From assembly GCF_036365525.1 (NCBI RefSeq), contig NC_090402.1, positions 23,071,308 through 23,135,307 of the forward strand: a DNA stretch of 64,000 nt. Reading direction: 5' to 3'. Under the pieces are notes generated by a model that saw only the letters and a list, made by a program, of their open reading frames with translations, did no database searches and was not told the origin of the DNA. The stretch is from Heterodontus francisci (Eukaryota). The position numbers and the translations under genes were made by a program. Shown in pieces: positions 1 to 13,395 of the stretch; the stretch's first letter is position 1; every line of letters starts with the position of its first letter.

Positions 1-726
1 CCAGACTGGCCAAGAGCGTGTGGGAAAATGGCGCACTGACACGGAACACAAAAGTCCGAGTGTATCAAGCCTGTGTCCTCAGTACCTTGCTCTATGGCAG
101 CGAGGCCTGGACAACGTATGCCAGCCAAGAGCGACGTCTCAATTCATTCCATCTTCGCTGCCTTCGGAGAATACTTGGCATCAGGTGGCAGGACTATATC
201 TCCAACACAGAAGTCCTTGAAGCGGCCAACACCCCCAGCTTATACACACTACTGAGACAGCGGCGCTTGAGATGGCTTGGCCATGTGAGCCGCATGGAAG
301 ATGGCAGGATCCCCAAAGACACATTGTACAGCGAGCTCGCCACTGGTATCAGACCCACCGGCCGTCCATGTCTCCGCTATAAAGACGTCTGCAAACGTGA
401 CATGAAATCGTGTGACATTGATCACAAGTCGTGGGAGTCAGTTGCCAGCATTCGCCAGAGCTGGCGGGCAGCCATAAAGACAGGGCTAAATTGTGGCGAG
501 TCGAAGAGACTTAGTAGTTGGCAGGAAAAAAGACAGAGGCGCAAGGGGAGAGCCAACTGTGCAACAGCCCCGACAAACAAATTTCTCTGCAGCACCTGTG
601 GAAGAGCCTGTCACTCCAGAATTGGCCTTTATAGCCACTCCAGGCGCTGCTTCACAAACCACTGACCACCTCCAGGCGCGTATCCATTGTCTCTCGAGAT
701 AAGGAGGCCCAAAAGAAGAAAAGAAG
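1..726 (+). mobile_element. RTE-clade LINE, 3' end (RT C-terminus, C2H2-like Zn finger, short 3' UTR, AAG-rich tail)
   Basis: ORF 18..665 has RTE motifs (TKVRVYQACVLSTLLYGSEAWT, RRLRWLGHVSRM, CSTCGRACHSRIGLYSH). Tail aaaagaagaaaagaag at 711-726. Related copies at 19470 and 58395. Confidence 0.9.
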
Positions 727-1159
727 CGCATGGCACTGGGAGTAACCCGGATGTGCATTCGACAGGACTAAGGCGCCCTGCCATGCCTCTATTTATAAGA
801 TCACCATCTAAACTTACAGAAATATACTTAAGACTTGTCCCTGATCTGGATAAAAACAAAAACTCACCAGCTACTCATCAATCAGCTCCTTCCCTTGTGC
901 TGACCTCACTTTAGGTGTTTTTTTCCTTGCTCCTTAACACTCATATTCCTTTACGTCTTAGTCTAATTTAGTCATAGATTCTTTTTAGATTTTAGGTTAT
1001 TTAACTATTTATCGAACACTAAAACACAAATGCTAACTACTCAAAACACTAACCAATAAATTTAATACTTAACTATAGTTTAGCTGCATTGCTCCACTCT
1101 GTGATGTCACCTTTTCTCGGGTATCTGCCCCTCTACTCCCTATAGCTTCTACTTCTGCC

Positions 1160-1440
1160 AGCTCTTCTATCTCTCTCTGACAGTTTGGGAGACGATAGTA
1201 CACTCACAGCAATGTGATTGTCCCTTTTTTTCTGTTCTTCAGCTCATTCCATATGGCCTCATTTGATGATTATTTTAACATATCATCTCTCCTCACAGCT
1301 GTAATTGTTTCTTTAACCAATAGTGCTACACCCCTCTCCTTTTTATCCTTCTCTCCATCACATCTGAATACACTGTAACCAGCAATGTTGAGCTGCCCTT
1401 CCTACCCTTCTTTAATCCATGTTTCAGTAATAACTATGAT
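1160..1440 (-). mobile_element. CR1 LINE endonuclease fragment, decayed
   Basis: Minus-strand translation gives ITETW...LNIAGYSVFR...GVALLVKE, matching the endonuclease of the CR1 at 10244-11167. Confidence 0.6.
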
Positions 1441-2560
1441 GGACTAAATTTTATCTTAATAGATCCACATGCAGCAGGGAGGCTGGTAGTGGATTGGGAA
1501 ACCATTTGTTCTGCCAGTTGGCTTTGCAGTGACTCTTTAACTCAGCCAGGGCATTAGCATCCCGCGTTCAGGTTTCCGGCTAATCAGAGAGGGCAGGCGG
1601 GATGACACATTGATTCTGTCAAAGGAAGGATTTCTCATTAAAGGGACCCAGGCAGATTGGCTGAACTGTACATTGATTCCTTTGGCTTCAGCAACGACAG
1701 AATGGAAGAGATCTGGGAAGGCTGCACCCTGTGTCTTGGACTCTTACCTGGAGGTCCCGCTGTGGAATCTGAGGGACTAAATTGATGTGATATTTAGCAA
1801 GGACGGAAGAGGCCAGCCTCTCAAATCAAGCAGATTTGGATGGAAGTGGGCAAGGAAGTGAACAGCAGGAGTGTGATCCCTCAAACTTGGAGACAATGTC
1901 CCAAGAGGTTCAAGGGCCTCAGAAGGGTAGGAAAGGTGAGTGGCATAACACTTTCAGGTGCTAACCTCCCACACTGACTTTCCTGGCATTCTCCTGCACA
2001 GCATTCCTCACACCAACACACCTTGCAGCTCCACTCATTCCTCTTCAGGCACCTCCTCACATCCCCATCTGAACAGCCAACACTCACACTCACCCTCATC
2101 TTTGTGCCATATCCAATGATAACCACCTGTCAATGTGTGCCCACCTGGTCTACTGGGATGGAGGTCTTGTTCTTGGAGGGTGCAGATGTCAACAACCTGC
2201 CGTGAAAGCCTAAGCCTCACAAGGCACTGGCACTCACACATGTCGAGAGACCTGATCCTCTACCTGTAGACTCTGTCTTGAGAGTCTCACCACCTTTGAG
2301 CTGGATCTGTGTTCATCCCCTCTGTCCTGTGGAGCAGCTTGTGGCTGAAAAGGCAGCTGGTGCTGCTGCTGTTGTTCCTCCTGCTGCTGTAGGTGTTGCT
2401 GATGCTGCTCCTCTTGTTCCTCATCAGAGGGGCAAGGCAGAGCTGTATAAGCTGCTCCCATGCTGCAGTGAAGGCTGACAGCAGGGAAGTGCAGATCAAG
2501 GTGACTGAAGTTCAAGACAAATGAACTGGCTTCTAAAAAATTGGAAATTACCTGTCAAAA
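1441..2560. mobile_element. PIF/Harbinger DNA transposon remnant, internally deleted (Myb/SANT gene on +, transposase N-terminus on -)
   Basis: + strand about 1810-1935 reads RPASQIKQIWMEVGKEVNSRSVIPQTWRQCPKRF, then donor AAG|gtgagt (Myb/SANT-like). - strand 2130-2470 reads Q-rich leader and CQCLVRLRLSRQVVDICTLQEQDLHPSRPGGH (HARBI1-like N-terminus). Confidence 0.75.
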
Positions 2561-2569
2561 GCGCACTCT

Positions 2570-3040
2570 CAAGAAGACAGGCTAGGAATATTTCAACAAG
2601 GGTGAAAGGTAGGGAATCAAGAACAGGGCTCTTTGGTTTACGAGGGAGATAGAAGAAGGAGTATGCTGCACGTCAGGTGAACTCATCAAATGAGAACCAG
2701 GCCATATATACTAAGTTGAGAGGGGAGGTGATGAGGAAAATAATACTGGCAAAGAGAAAATATGAATATCGAATAGCAATCAACATAAAAGGAATCCAAC
2801 GATCTTCCCTACCGGCATGTAAATAGTGAGGGAGTAGTAAGAGGAGGAGTGGAGAGAGAGGGGAATATGTGCTTCGAGGCATAGGGAAAGGCTAATATAC
2901 TTAATGAGTACTTTGTATCAGTGTTCATTAAGGAAATGGAGGCTGACAAAATATCAGTAGAAGCAAAGAGAGTAGAGGCAGTGGATAGGATAAAAATTGA
3001 GAAGGGTAAGGTACTAAAAAGGTTGGTTATGCTTAGGGTT
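2570..3040 (+). mobile_element. CR1 LINE ORF2 fragment
   Basis: Decayed similarity to CR1 ORF2 linker (PWFTREI..., LNEYFVSVF) as in 11260-11720 and 26550-26900. Confidence 0.65.
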
Positions 3041-3059
3041 GATATCAGACACAAGACTA

Positions 3060-4810
3060 CATGCATTGAAGTGTATACCATCAAGAACTGCCAAACTCCT
3101 TTGTTGTCTATTTTCCAGCTTTTATCTCCTCTGCCTTCCATACTTGCTTATTAATTTTCTGCCTTCCATTTCCAGCTTTGTTTCTCTGCCTTCTGAGTCT
3201 ATGCTCAGGTTCCCATCCCCCCACCAAGCTAGTTTAAACCCTTCCCAACAACGCTGGCGAAACTCCCCATGACAATATTGGTCTTAGCCCTGTTAAGGTG
3301 CAAATCGTCCAGTTTGTACAGGTCCCACCTCCCCCTAAACTGGTGTCAATGCCCCAGGAATCTAAAGCCCTCCCTCCTGCATTATCTGCCTTGTCACACA
3401 TTCATCCACACTATCCTCCTATTTCGGTACTCACATGTTCGTGGCACCAGGAGTAATCCAGAGATTACGACCTGTGACGGAAAACCCACATGCCAAATGG
3501 AAAATATTAATTTCGTCGTATGGAGCTCTGCCTGGGACTTTTTTTTTACTGGACATTAAAAACAACTTTTAAAAAGCAGAACAGAACAACTAAAGATGGC
3601 CACATACAATTTGCATATGAGAAGCCAAAGGCCGGCTGGAAGACAGAGGTGGTTGCCCAGTCTAGCCAAAACAATAAGGGTGCACTCTGATTCAAACACC
3701 TAGAATGGTTTTGTCAATGTTAGTCATCAAAAGCCATCGACAGCCATTGATATTGAAAGAGCCAAACCCCCGCCCCCCCCCCCCCCAAGTATGTCTGAAC
3801 AATCTTGAACTTCAAAGATCATTCCAGAAACTTCTGTTTCAAAGAGGTGGTCACATGTGACTCTGAAAGTTTGTGAATTTGTGCCTCAGAAAGCAGACAG
3901 TAACTGAACTCCAAGAAGGAACATCTCTCTTCTCTCCCTCTCGAGCATAGGCCCAGGGGAGCCTCGGCTGCAGCTAAACCTCAAATCTACAGATCCTCAC
4001 AGTCAGCAACAAGGAGGATGGATAAAGCCTCGCTTCAGCCTTCTGGAACCAGAGAAGCAAGCTCGAATAGTGCACGTGGCCCAACGAGGACTTCAAGACT
4101 TCAATTTAACGTAAGGACACTGGGATTACATATCCGTATTTAAATTCCATTTTTATTAAGGACTCTACTCCAACCTCCCAACTCTGTTTTTCTCCCTCTG
4201 TATCTATTTGTGTGTGTGTGTACCTCTTGTATGAATGTGAGTGTGGATGCGTCGCATATTTTAGTAATTTTAACCAGTTTAGAGTGATAAGGTTAATAAG
4301 CTAACATCTTTCTTGTTTAAACTCAAGGAAACCTGTCTGATTGGTTCATTTGCAAGTATATATTAGAGTAACACCACATTGGCAAATTAAATCACTGTGT
4401 TAAAAGGATAAACCCTGTTGTGGTCAAACCAGAGAAGGGGCGAAATGGGAGCCTGAGACCCCTTCCTCACCTGGTTGTAACATACCTTTGATTTCTGCTT
4501 ATTAATTTCTTTACTAGCTTCCTAAAATCTGCCTGCAGGGTCTCATCCCTCTTTCTACCTATATCATTGGTACTAATATGGACCACGGCTAAGGTATTCA
4601 CCCTCCCTCCTCAGAATGTGCTGTAGCCGTTCAGTGACATCTCATTGCTTTTCTGACCTTTCTCCTCCCCCTCATTACAGCTGAGCCACCCATGGTGCTG
4701 TGGACTTGGCACTAACGCTATTTCCTCGGGGAACCTTTGCCCTTACCAGAATTCAGAAACCGGAACTCAAGCTCCTCCAGCTGATGACACTTCCTGCACC
4801 TATGGTTGAA
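3060..4810 (-). mobile_element. CR1 ORF1 (esterase) fragment interrupted by a solo LTR
   Basis: 3200-3472 and 4483-4810 are reverse-complement similar to CR1 ORF1 at 9280-10231. The sequence is continuous across the LTR. Confidence 0.65.
3473..4482. mobile_element. Solo LTR, about 1 kb (Gypsy/ERV-type)
   Basis: Starts TGTGAC, ends GTAACA. 4-bp TSD gacc/tacc (1 mismatch). Both termini match the element at 13396-14702 in reverse complement. Confidence 0.8.
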
Positions 4811-5394
4811 ATCGGGTATTGGAGCTTGAGCAACAGCTGATGTCATTGCAGTGCATCTGTGAGGCTGAGAGCTACATGCATAGCATGTTTCAGGAGGTGG
4901 TCATCCCGCAGTTTAAATGAGTGCAGACAGAGAATGGGTGACCATCAGACAGACAAGGAGGACGAGGCAGGCTGTGCAGGAGTCCCCTGAGTGCATTTTG
5001 CTCTCTAACAGTTTTGCTGGCTCTTTCACACTGTTTAAATCCGCCATTCTGCTCGTGATAGCCTCTGTTGCTGCTGGCCTCATGTACTGTTTAAATCTGC
5101 CACAGTGCTCCCGATTGGCTCTGCTGCGGGCAGCTATCATGCACTATTTAAGTCTAACTACCCTGCTCCCAATAGTCTCTGCTCATTTACACATTGCAAT
5201 TTTCCAATTGTTCTGCTCTTACACCAGCTATTGGCAGCAATTCTTTTTTCAGAACTAAATCGAGTGACACTACTGGTACAAATTCAGGTTTGCTGTAGGA
5301 TCTTCTTGGGTCCAGTTGCATCAGTATTTCCCATAAGTGAGCTGAGCATTTTACTTTTTCAAGTGTTGACTCACACTGCCTTATATCTACCGAG

Positions 5395-5795
5395 ATGTGG
5401 CTCAGTGTTCGTAGGTTGTCAAGTGAGACTTGAGCACATAATCTAGGTTAATACTCCAATGCAGTACTGAGGGAGTGCTGCATTGTTGGAGGTACCGTCT
5501 TTCAGGTGAGATGTGAAACTGAGGCTTTGTCTGCCCTGTTGGGTGAATGTAAATTATCCTCTGGCATTATTTTGAAGAAGAGCAGGAAAGTTCTCCCTTG
5601 TGTCATGATCAGCATTTATTTTTCAACCAACATCATTAAAAAATTAGCTGCTTTTTATCACATTGCTGTATGTGGAACCTTGCTGTGTGCAAATTGGCTG
5701 CTGCATTTCCTACATTACAAAAAGTATTTAATTGACTGAGACTTTGGGATCCTGAGGTCATCAAAGGTGCTATATAAATGCATCTTTCTTTCTTT
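5395..5795 (+). mobile_element. Deu-domain SINE (SacSINE1/AmnSINE1-like) with L2-type tail
   Basis: Core gcagtactgagggagtgctgcattgttggaggt...gagatg and tail gtgctatataaatgcatctttctttc. Related copies at about 35520-35890, 46473-47380 and 53085-53520. Confidence 0.65.
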
Positions 5796-8700
5796 TACAC
5801 AATAGCCTGAACAATTGTGGTCTCAACAGTATTATTTGAGTCTTTCCCAACGATTGCTACTTTAAGGTTGCCAAAAGTAGACAGAGCAAATACTTGGTGA
5901 GATGAGGCTTGAAACAAATCAATAAGCTGTTTCATTCACAGCAAGGTGAATATTGAGAATAGCAGTTATGATTGGACTCACATAATTTAAACAGTATAAT
6001 TTATCTTTGCATAGTGATACAAAAGACAGAACATGCCACACTTCCCCACATAAATGGGTCAACTTACTTGACCTGAACAAGATGTGTTCTAACTGTTCCA
6101 ACAACATTTCTAACTTTTTGTGCTGAACTTTACCGATCGGGTGGATGACCAGATGCTGGAGAGATATCAGAGTTGGCGGCATGCACAGGTGGCAGGCAGA
6201 ACTGCCACTACGATTTTATAAAAGCCAATTAAGGGCCACACGCGGGACAGCTGGCAAATTAGGGGGGATGGGCAGGTCATAGTGTCACCAGATCGCTCTG
6301 AGGCACCATTTTAAAGGCACACGTGCAGCATTCAGGCAGGCTGAAGACAAAGCCAAAAAGGGGGTCTACGGCAATGGCCTCAGCATGAGGAATGGTCACT
6401 CTATGATTCAGCGACGCCTCCCTGGAGGCGCTCCCTGCAGGCAATCAGAGAAAGGAGAAATATCCTGTTTCCAGCAGATGGGAGAAAAAGGCCATCAAGC
6501 CTCACCAAGAAGACATAGCTGGAGGCAGGAGACATATAAGCAGCTGAGGGATCGTTACAAGAACCCTGATTCAGTGCAAGAAGACATTTAAGATTTGCTG
6601 TGGTCTGGAAAGGTGAGTGCCATTCAGAACTGCAAATTGGAAGCCCAGTATGAATTAAAAGGCGCCCATGGTATGTGAGGCCAGATGGTAGACCCATGCA
6701 TGGAGCAACACTGTCCACATTGAGGCACATAGTTCACACGCATCCAAACTCCATGGTCAATGATGGGTGAAGGCTGCATTGAGATAGCTGAATGTCCATC
6801 CCAGTGGTGTGGTGCTACATATTTATGGTGCCTGAGAGTGACCAGTACAGATGGGTCATGAAACAGGAGTGACACTGCTTATATCTGTGCTTGCAGGAGA
6901 TGCGCACTCAGAATGCCAGGGACCGTCAACGCACTGGAGGTGGAGTCCCTTTCATCACCATGGTGACACTGATGGAAGAGGAGAACATTAAGATCAAATG
7001 GGTCACGGCAGGGCAGCCTGTCACTGAGGGTGAGGCAGATGTGGAAGCTAGGTGAGGAAAGCAATGGTTGCATCCAACATTCCCTAGACTGTGTGTGGCC
7101 AGTGGCACCTGTGGGGGCCTTTAATGCCACTGGAAGCTCCTGATCATGGGGAGGCTTGGTTGAAGGAGCAGCTGTTTCACTTAAATCATGTCTCTCCAGC
7201 AGTAGATGAAGAAGAGACAAGGGCTCCTGCTACACTGGAAAGCTCAGAGGATGCAATGTCATCTCAAGACACTGCGTCACTTTATTCCAGCACGTCCTCC
7301 AACAGCACAGGTACACTCACATCTCTGGGTTTTGTTGCATATGTAGAACGGAGGGGAATGCAGGGGTAACGAAGGAAGTGCCTGCTATGGCCACTTACAC
7401 TTGGAGGAGTGAGGAGAGGTCCAAGGATGCTCAGCAGATGGCGAGAATTGAAGGTCTTGACATTCAACGTATAATAATTCAGATATTTATTTTTATGCAA
7501 AGTTGACAGGAACCAGATGTCGAATCAAATAGATGGGTGGTCTGTAAAAGTGAGCGCCTCGTGAATGCCTGTGTTGACAGAAGGCATTGGCATATAGTGC
7601 TGATGGGTACAGAGAGATGGTAAAGGCTTCTAATGAAAGATAGACAAGGCTGTTCTGAGAAAGAACTTCTTGGCTCGGTGGCGCTTTGCACTTCTCGGCT
7701 CGGTGGCCCTTTGCACTTCTCATGTGAAGTGTCTGCTGATCAGAGAGTTGCAAATCTCCCTGCAATGCATGTCACTGTCCAGTGAGCTGGGCCCCACCGC
7801 ACCATCTTCATTGGCTGACACCTGTTGAGGTGCCTCATGCTCATCCTCCTGGGCTCTAAGGTTTTGGCTCGCTCAGTGTCTTTCTCTCACTCCAGCGCTA
7901 CTCTTCTCTGGAGCGCCAGGGTGTGCAATGCACAGCAGATGACAATGATGCCGGACACCCTTTAGGGTGCTTATTGCAGGGCTTCCCCAGATCTAACGAG
8001 GCATCTAAACCTCATCGACAAAAAGCCAACGGCCTGCTCAACATTGGCCCTTGTAGTTATATGACTGCGGTTGTATGTGTCCCCTGCCTGTGTGTTGCGT
8101 ACAGGGGTCAGAAACTTAGTTTTCAGTGGCTATCCCTTGTGTCTCAGTGTCCAGCCACAAAGGTGTTTGGGTAGCTGAAGCAGCTGAGCCAACTGGGACT
8201 GTCTAGAGTTTTGACAGCTTCCCGGAAACCTCACGCACACCTGCATGAACTGCTTACAGTGGTCGCAAATGACATGAACATTGAGGGAGTGGAACCCCTT
8301 CCTGTTCACAAAGGCTACTCTGTAGGAGCCTTGATGGCCACATGAGTAAAGTCAATGACTCCCTTGCACCTGAGGAAATCCAGCCATGGCCCCAAAGCTA
8401 ACTGCCCTTTCGGCCTGATCGATTGTGAACTTGATATATTGTCCAAGCCAACAGTGCATGGCATCCATGACCTCCTTTATGCAGTGCTGTACCGCTGACC
8501 AAGAGACATCACATCGATCTCCGGGTGATCCTGGAACAAACCACAGGTGAAAATGTTGACTGCCAATGCTAACTTTAAGGCTACAGGCATTGGGTGTTCG
8601 CTACTTCCCATTGGCATCCAATCCTGCTCCAGCATACCATTTAGCTTCACCAACACCTCCCTGGAGACACACAGTCTTCATTGACATTGGTGCTTGGTCA

Positions 8701-8959
8701 TCTCCATGAAGCTGAGCCTCTGACAGTACACCTTTTGAGTTGGACAGTGCCTTCTGACACCATAAGGCTGCCCTCTTGCCCCCTCCTCGCCCACTGGAGC
8801 TCCCTTGGCTTCTGCACAGCCGCTCCATGTGGCTGTATCCCCATCTCTGTTCCACTCTACTCAATGGGGGAGTCAAAGTCTGAAAGCACTGACCCCTTAG
8901 CTAGATGAAACCTTCACTGTGTTGAGCCTATAAATCGAGCCCGAGGATTGAGGCCCAGT

Positions 8960-11900
8960 CTCTTACCTTTCGGGAGCGGAGAGCAGTCGGACCTCTTCCA
9001 GCGTACCGGAGTTTTGAAAAAAAAAAGCCAACAGTGATGTCAAAGGAGAGCTGCAAGGTGATTGGTTGGTGAGTCACTGCTGTTAGGGAATAGCTCTAAA
9101 TAGCTGGGTAAGTATCTCAGGTAAGAAAAGTTTAAAGTTTATTTCAAATATGGTAAGTAGAGTTTTTTTTTAGGGAGTTCTGTAGTAACGAGGACCAGGG
9201 AAGAAGGGCCCTAGAGTAACTGATATTATTGGACATTAAGATCTTCCAGAAGGTTTAATTTCATTTAAAGGGTTAAGTCATGGCAGGAGAGCTCAAAGCC
9301 GTGGTGTGCTCCTCGTGCTCCATGTCGGAAGCTGGGAACAATTCCAGTGCCCAGGGCCAAAATGTGTGCAGGAATTGTGTCCAGTTGCAGCTCCTGGAAG
9401 CCCAGGTTTTGGAGCTGGAGCAGCAGCTGGGGACACTGTGGAGCATCCATGAGGCGCAGAGTATCGTGATAGCACATATCGAGAGGTGATCACACCGCAG
9501 GCTCAGACCCGACAGGCAGGAGGGGAATGGGTGACCACCAGGCACAGCAAGAGGACTATGCAGGCAGCGCAGGAATCTCCTGTGGCTAGTCCCCTGCAAA
9601 ACAGATATACTGCTTTGGATACTGTTGGGGGGAATGGCCTCTCAGGGGAAAGAAGCAACAGCCCAATTCATTGCACCACGGTTGGCTCTGCTGCACAGGG
9701 GAGGAGTAAAAAGTGTGGGAATGCAATAGTTATAGAGGATTCAATTGTAAGGGGAATAGATAGGTGTTTCTGTGGCCGCAAAAGAGACTCCAGGATGGTA
9801 TGTTGCCTCCCTGGTGCTAGGGTCCAGGATGTCTCACAGCAGTTACAGGACATTCTGAAGGGGGAGGGTGAACAGCCAGTGGTCATGGTACACATTGGTA
9901 CGAACGACATAGGTGATAGAAAAAGGATGAGGTTCTAAAAGCAGAATATAGGGAGCTAGGAAATAAATTGAAAAGTAGGACCTCAAAAGTAGTGATCTCA
10001 GAATTACTACCAGTGTCACGTGCTAGTCAGAGTAGAAACAGCAGGATATATTGGATGAATATGTGGCTGAAGAGATGGTGTGAGGGGGAAGGTTTTAGAT
10101 TCCTGGGGCATTGGGACCGGTTCTGGGGGAGGTGGGACCAGTACAAACTGGACAGGGTACACCTGGACAGGACCGGGACTGATGTCCAAGGGGGAGTATT
10201 TGCTAGAGTGGTTGGGGAGGGTTTAAACTAAAATGGCAGGGGGATGGGAACCTTTGCAAGGAGTCAGAGGAGGGGGGAATCAAAGACAAGAACAAAAGAC
10301 AGTAAGGGGAATAAGAAAAGTGATAGGCAGAGAAATCAAGGGCCAGAATCAAACAGGGACACAGTGAAAAATATTGGGAAGAGGACAAGTAATGTTAAAA
10401 AGACAAGCCTTAAGGCTTTGTGCCTTAACACGCAGAGCATTCGCAATAAAGAGGATGAATTAATCGTGCAAATCGATGTAAACGGATATGATATAGTCGG
10501 GATTACGGAGACATGGCTGCAAGGTGATCAGGGATGGGAAATGAACATCCAGAGATTTTCATTATTTTGGAAGGACAGACAAAAAGCAAAAGGCAGTGGA
10601 GTTGCATTGCTGGTTAAAGAGGAAATTAACGCAATAGTGAGGAAAGATATTAGCTCTGACAATGTAGAATCTGTATGGGTAGAGCTGAGAAACACTAAGG
10701 GGCAAAAAACGTTAGTGGGGGTTGTATATAGACCCCCAAACTGTAGTGGTGATGTTGGGAATGGCATTAAACAGGAAATTAGAGATGCATGCGATAAAGG
10801 AACATCTGTAATTATGGGTGACTTTAATCTGCATATAGATTGGGCAAATCAAATCAGTCACAACACCGTAGAGGAGGAATTCTTGGAGTGTATACGGGAT
10901 GGTTTTCTGGACCAATATGTTGAGGAACCAACTAGAGAACAGGCCATCCTAGACTGGGTATTGTGTAATGAGAGAGGAATAATTGACAATCTAGTGGTGC
11001 GAGACCCCTTGGGGATGAGCGACCGTAATATGATAGAATTCTTCATCAAGATGGACAGTGACATAGTTGATTCTGAGACAAGGGTCCTAAGTCTTCGTAA
11101 AGGAAACTACGAAGATATGAGGCACGAGTTGGCCGTGATGGATTGGGAAACATTACTTAAAGGATGACGGTGGATAGGCAATGGCAAACATTTAAAGAGC
11201 ATATGGATCAACTGCAACAATTGTTTATCCCTGTCTGGAGCAAAAGTAAAACGGGAAAGGTAGCCAAACCATGGCTTACAAGGGAAATTAGAGATAGCAT
11301 TAGGTCCAAGGAAGAGGCATATAAATTTGCCAGGAAAAACAACAGACCTGACGATTGGGAGCAATTTAGAATTCAGCAAAGGAGGACCAAGGGATTGATT
11401 AAGAAGGGGAACGTAGAGTACGAGAGCAAACTTGTGGGCAACATAAAAACTGACTGTAAAAGTTTCTATAAGTATGTGAAGAGAAAAAGATTGGTGAAGA
11501 CAAATGTAGGTCCCTTACAGTCAGAAACAGGGGAATTTATTATGGGGAATAAACAAATGGCTGACAAACTAAATGCATACTTTGGTTCTGTCTTCAAAGG
11601 AGGACACAAATATCATACCAGAAATGTTGGGGAACACAGGGCTTAGTGAGAGAAAGGAACTGAAAGAAATCAATATTAGTAGAGAAATGGTGTTGGGAAA
11701 ATTGATGGGATTGAAGGCCGATAAATCCCCAGGGCCTGATGGAATGCATCCCAGAGTACTTAAGGAAGCGGCCCTAGAAATAGTGGATGCATTGGTGGTC
11801 ATCTTCCAAGATTCTACAGACTCTGGTACAGTTCCTACAGATTGGAGAGTAGCTAATGTAACCCCACTATTTAAAAAGGGAGGTAGAGAGAAATCAGGGA

Positions 11901-13036
11901 ATTACAGACCAGTCAGCCTGACGTCGGTAGTGGGGAAAATTCTAGAGTCCATTATCAAAGATTTTATAGCCGAGCACTTGGAGAACAGTGGTAGAATCGG
12001 ACAGAGTCAGCATGGATTTACGAAAGGGAAATCATGCTTGACAAATCTACTAGAATTCTTCAAGGATGTAACAAGTAGAGTTGATGAGGGGCAGCCAGTG
12101 GAAGTGGTTTATTTGGACTTTCAGATCGCTTTCAACAAAGTCCCACATAAGAGATTAGCATGTAAAATTAAAGCGCATGGGATTGGGGGTAGTGTATTGT
12201 GATGGATAGAAAATTGGTTGGCGGACAGGAAACAAAAGTAGGGATAAATGGGTCTTTTTCCGAATGGCAGGCAGTGACTAGTGGGGTACCACGGGATCGG
12301 TGCTCGGACCCCAGCTATTCACAATATACATTAATGATTTAGATGAGGGAACTAGTAATATCTCCAAATTTGCATATGACACAATACTGGGTGGGAGAAT
12401 GAGTTGTGAGGAGGATGCAGAAAGGCTTCAGGGTGATTTGGACAAGTTGAGTGAGTGGGCTAATGCATGGCAGATGCAGTATAATGTGGATAAATGTGAG
12501 GTTATCCACATTGGTAGCAAAAACAGGAAGGCAGATTATCTGAATGGCTATAAACTGAGAGAGGGGACTATGCAGCGAGACCTGGGCGCTCTCGTACACC
12601 AGTTGCTGAAGGTAAGCATGCAGGTGCAACCAGCGGTAAAAAAGGCACATGGTATGTTGGCCTTCATAGTGAGAGGATTTGAGCACAGAAGCAGGGATGT
12701 CTTGCTGCAATTATACAGGGCCTTAGTAAGGCCACACCTGGAATATTGTGTGCAGTTTTGGTCTCCTTATCTGAGGAAGGATGTTCTTGCTTTAGAGGGA
12801 GTGCAGTGAAGGTTTACCAGACTGATTCCTGGGTTGGCGGGACTGACATATGAAGAGAGATTGAGTCGGTTAGGATTATATTCGCTGGCATTCAGAAGAG
12901 TGAGGGGGGATCTCACAGAAACCTATAAAATTCTAATCGGACTTGACAGGGTAGATGCAGGAAGGATGTTCCCTATGGTGGGGGAGTCCAGAACCAGGGG
13001 TCATAGTCTAAAGATACGGGGTAAACCTTTCAGGAC
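8960..13036 (+). mobile_element. Near full-length CR1 LINE (5' UTR, ORF1 Zn finger + SGNH esterase, ORF2 APE endonuclease + RT), frameshifted, 3' end missing
   Basis: ORF1 9280-10231: CSSC..CRNC, IVIEDSIVRG, VHIGTND. ORF2 10244-13030: [57 protein letters not shown]. Several frameshifts and stops. Confidence 0.92.
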
Positions 13037-13395
13037 TAATTTCTATGTTTCCATGAGCCTCTCAAGAACCTTGTGCAGTGGCTGCTGCGGACCCGCGAGA
13101 CACCTTTTTACTAGCAACACTTCATTTTGGCCCCACCCTCTGCAATGCCTCCAAACTTGATCGTGTTACTTCTTGAAAACAGCCTGCAGGCAGCTTCACA
13201 GTATGGCTGCCAGTTCCCGTCACAACGCAATTGCTGCTCAGATCTCACCTCCTTTGAGACTCTGTGAGCCTTTGTGCATCAAGGGTGCTGAAGGTAAAAT
13301 TTGAAAAAAGTAGGAAAATACCTGACAATTGGTTGTTTAACTACCTTAATTACCTGCCCGCTGCCAATTTGACTGCCACTTATGCATTCATCTGA

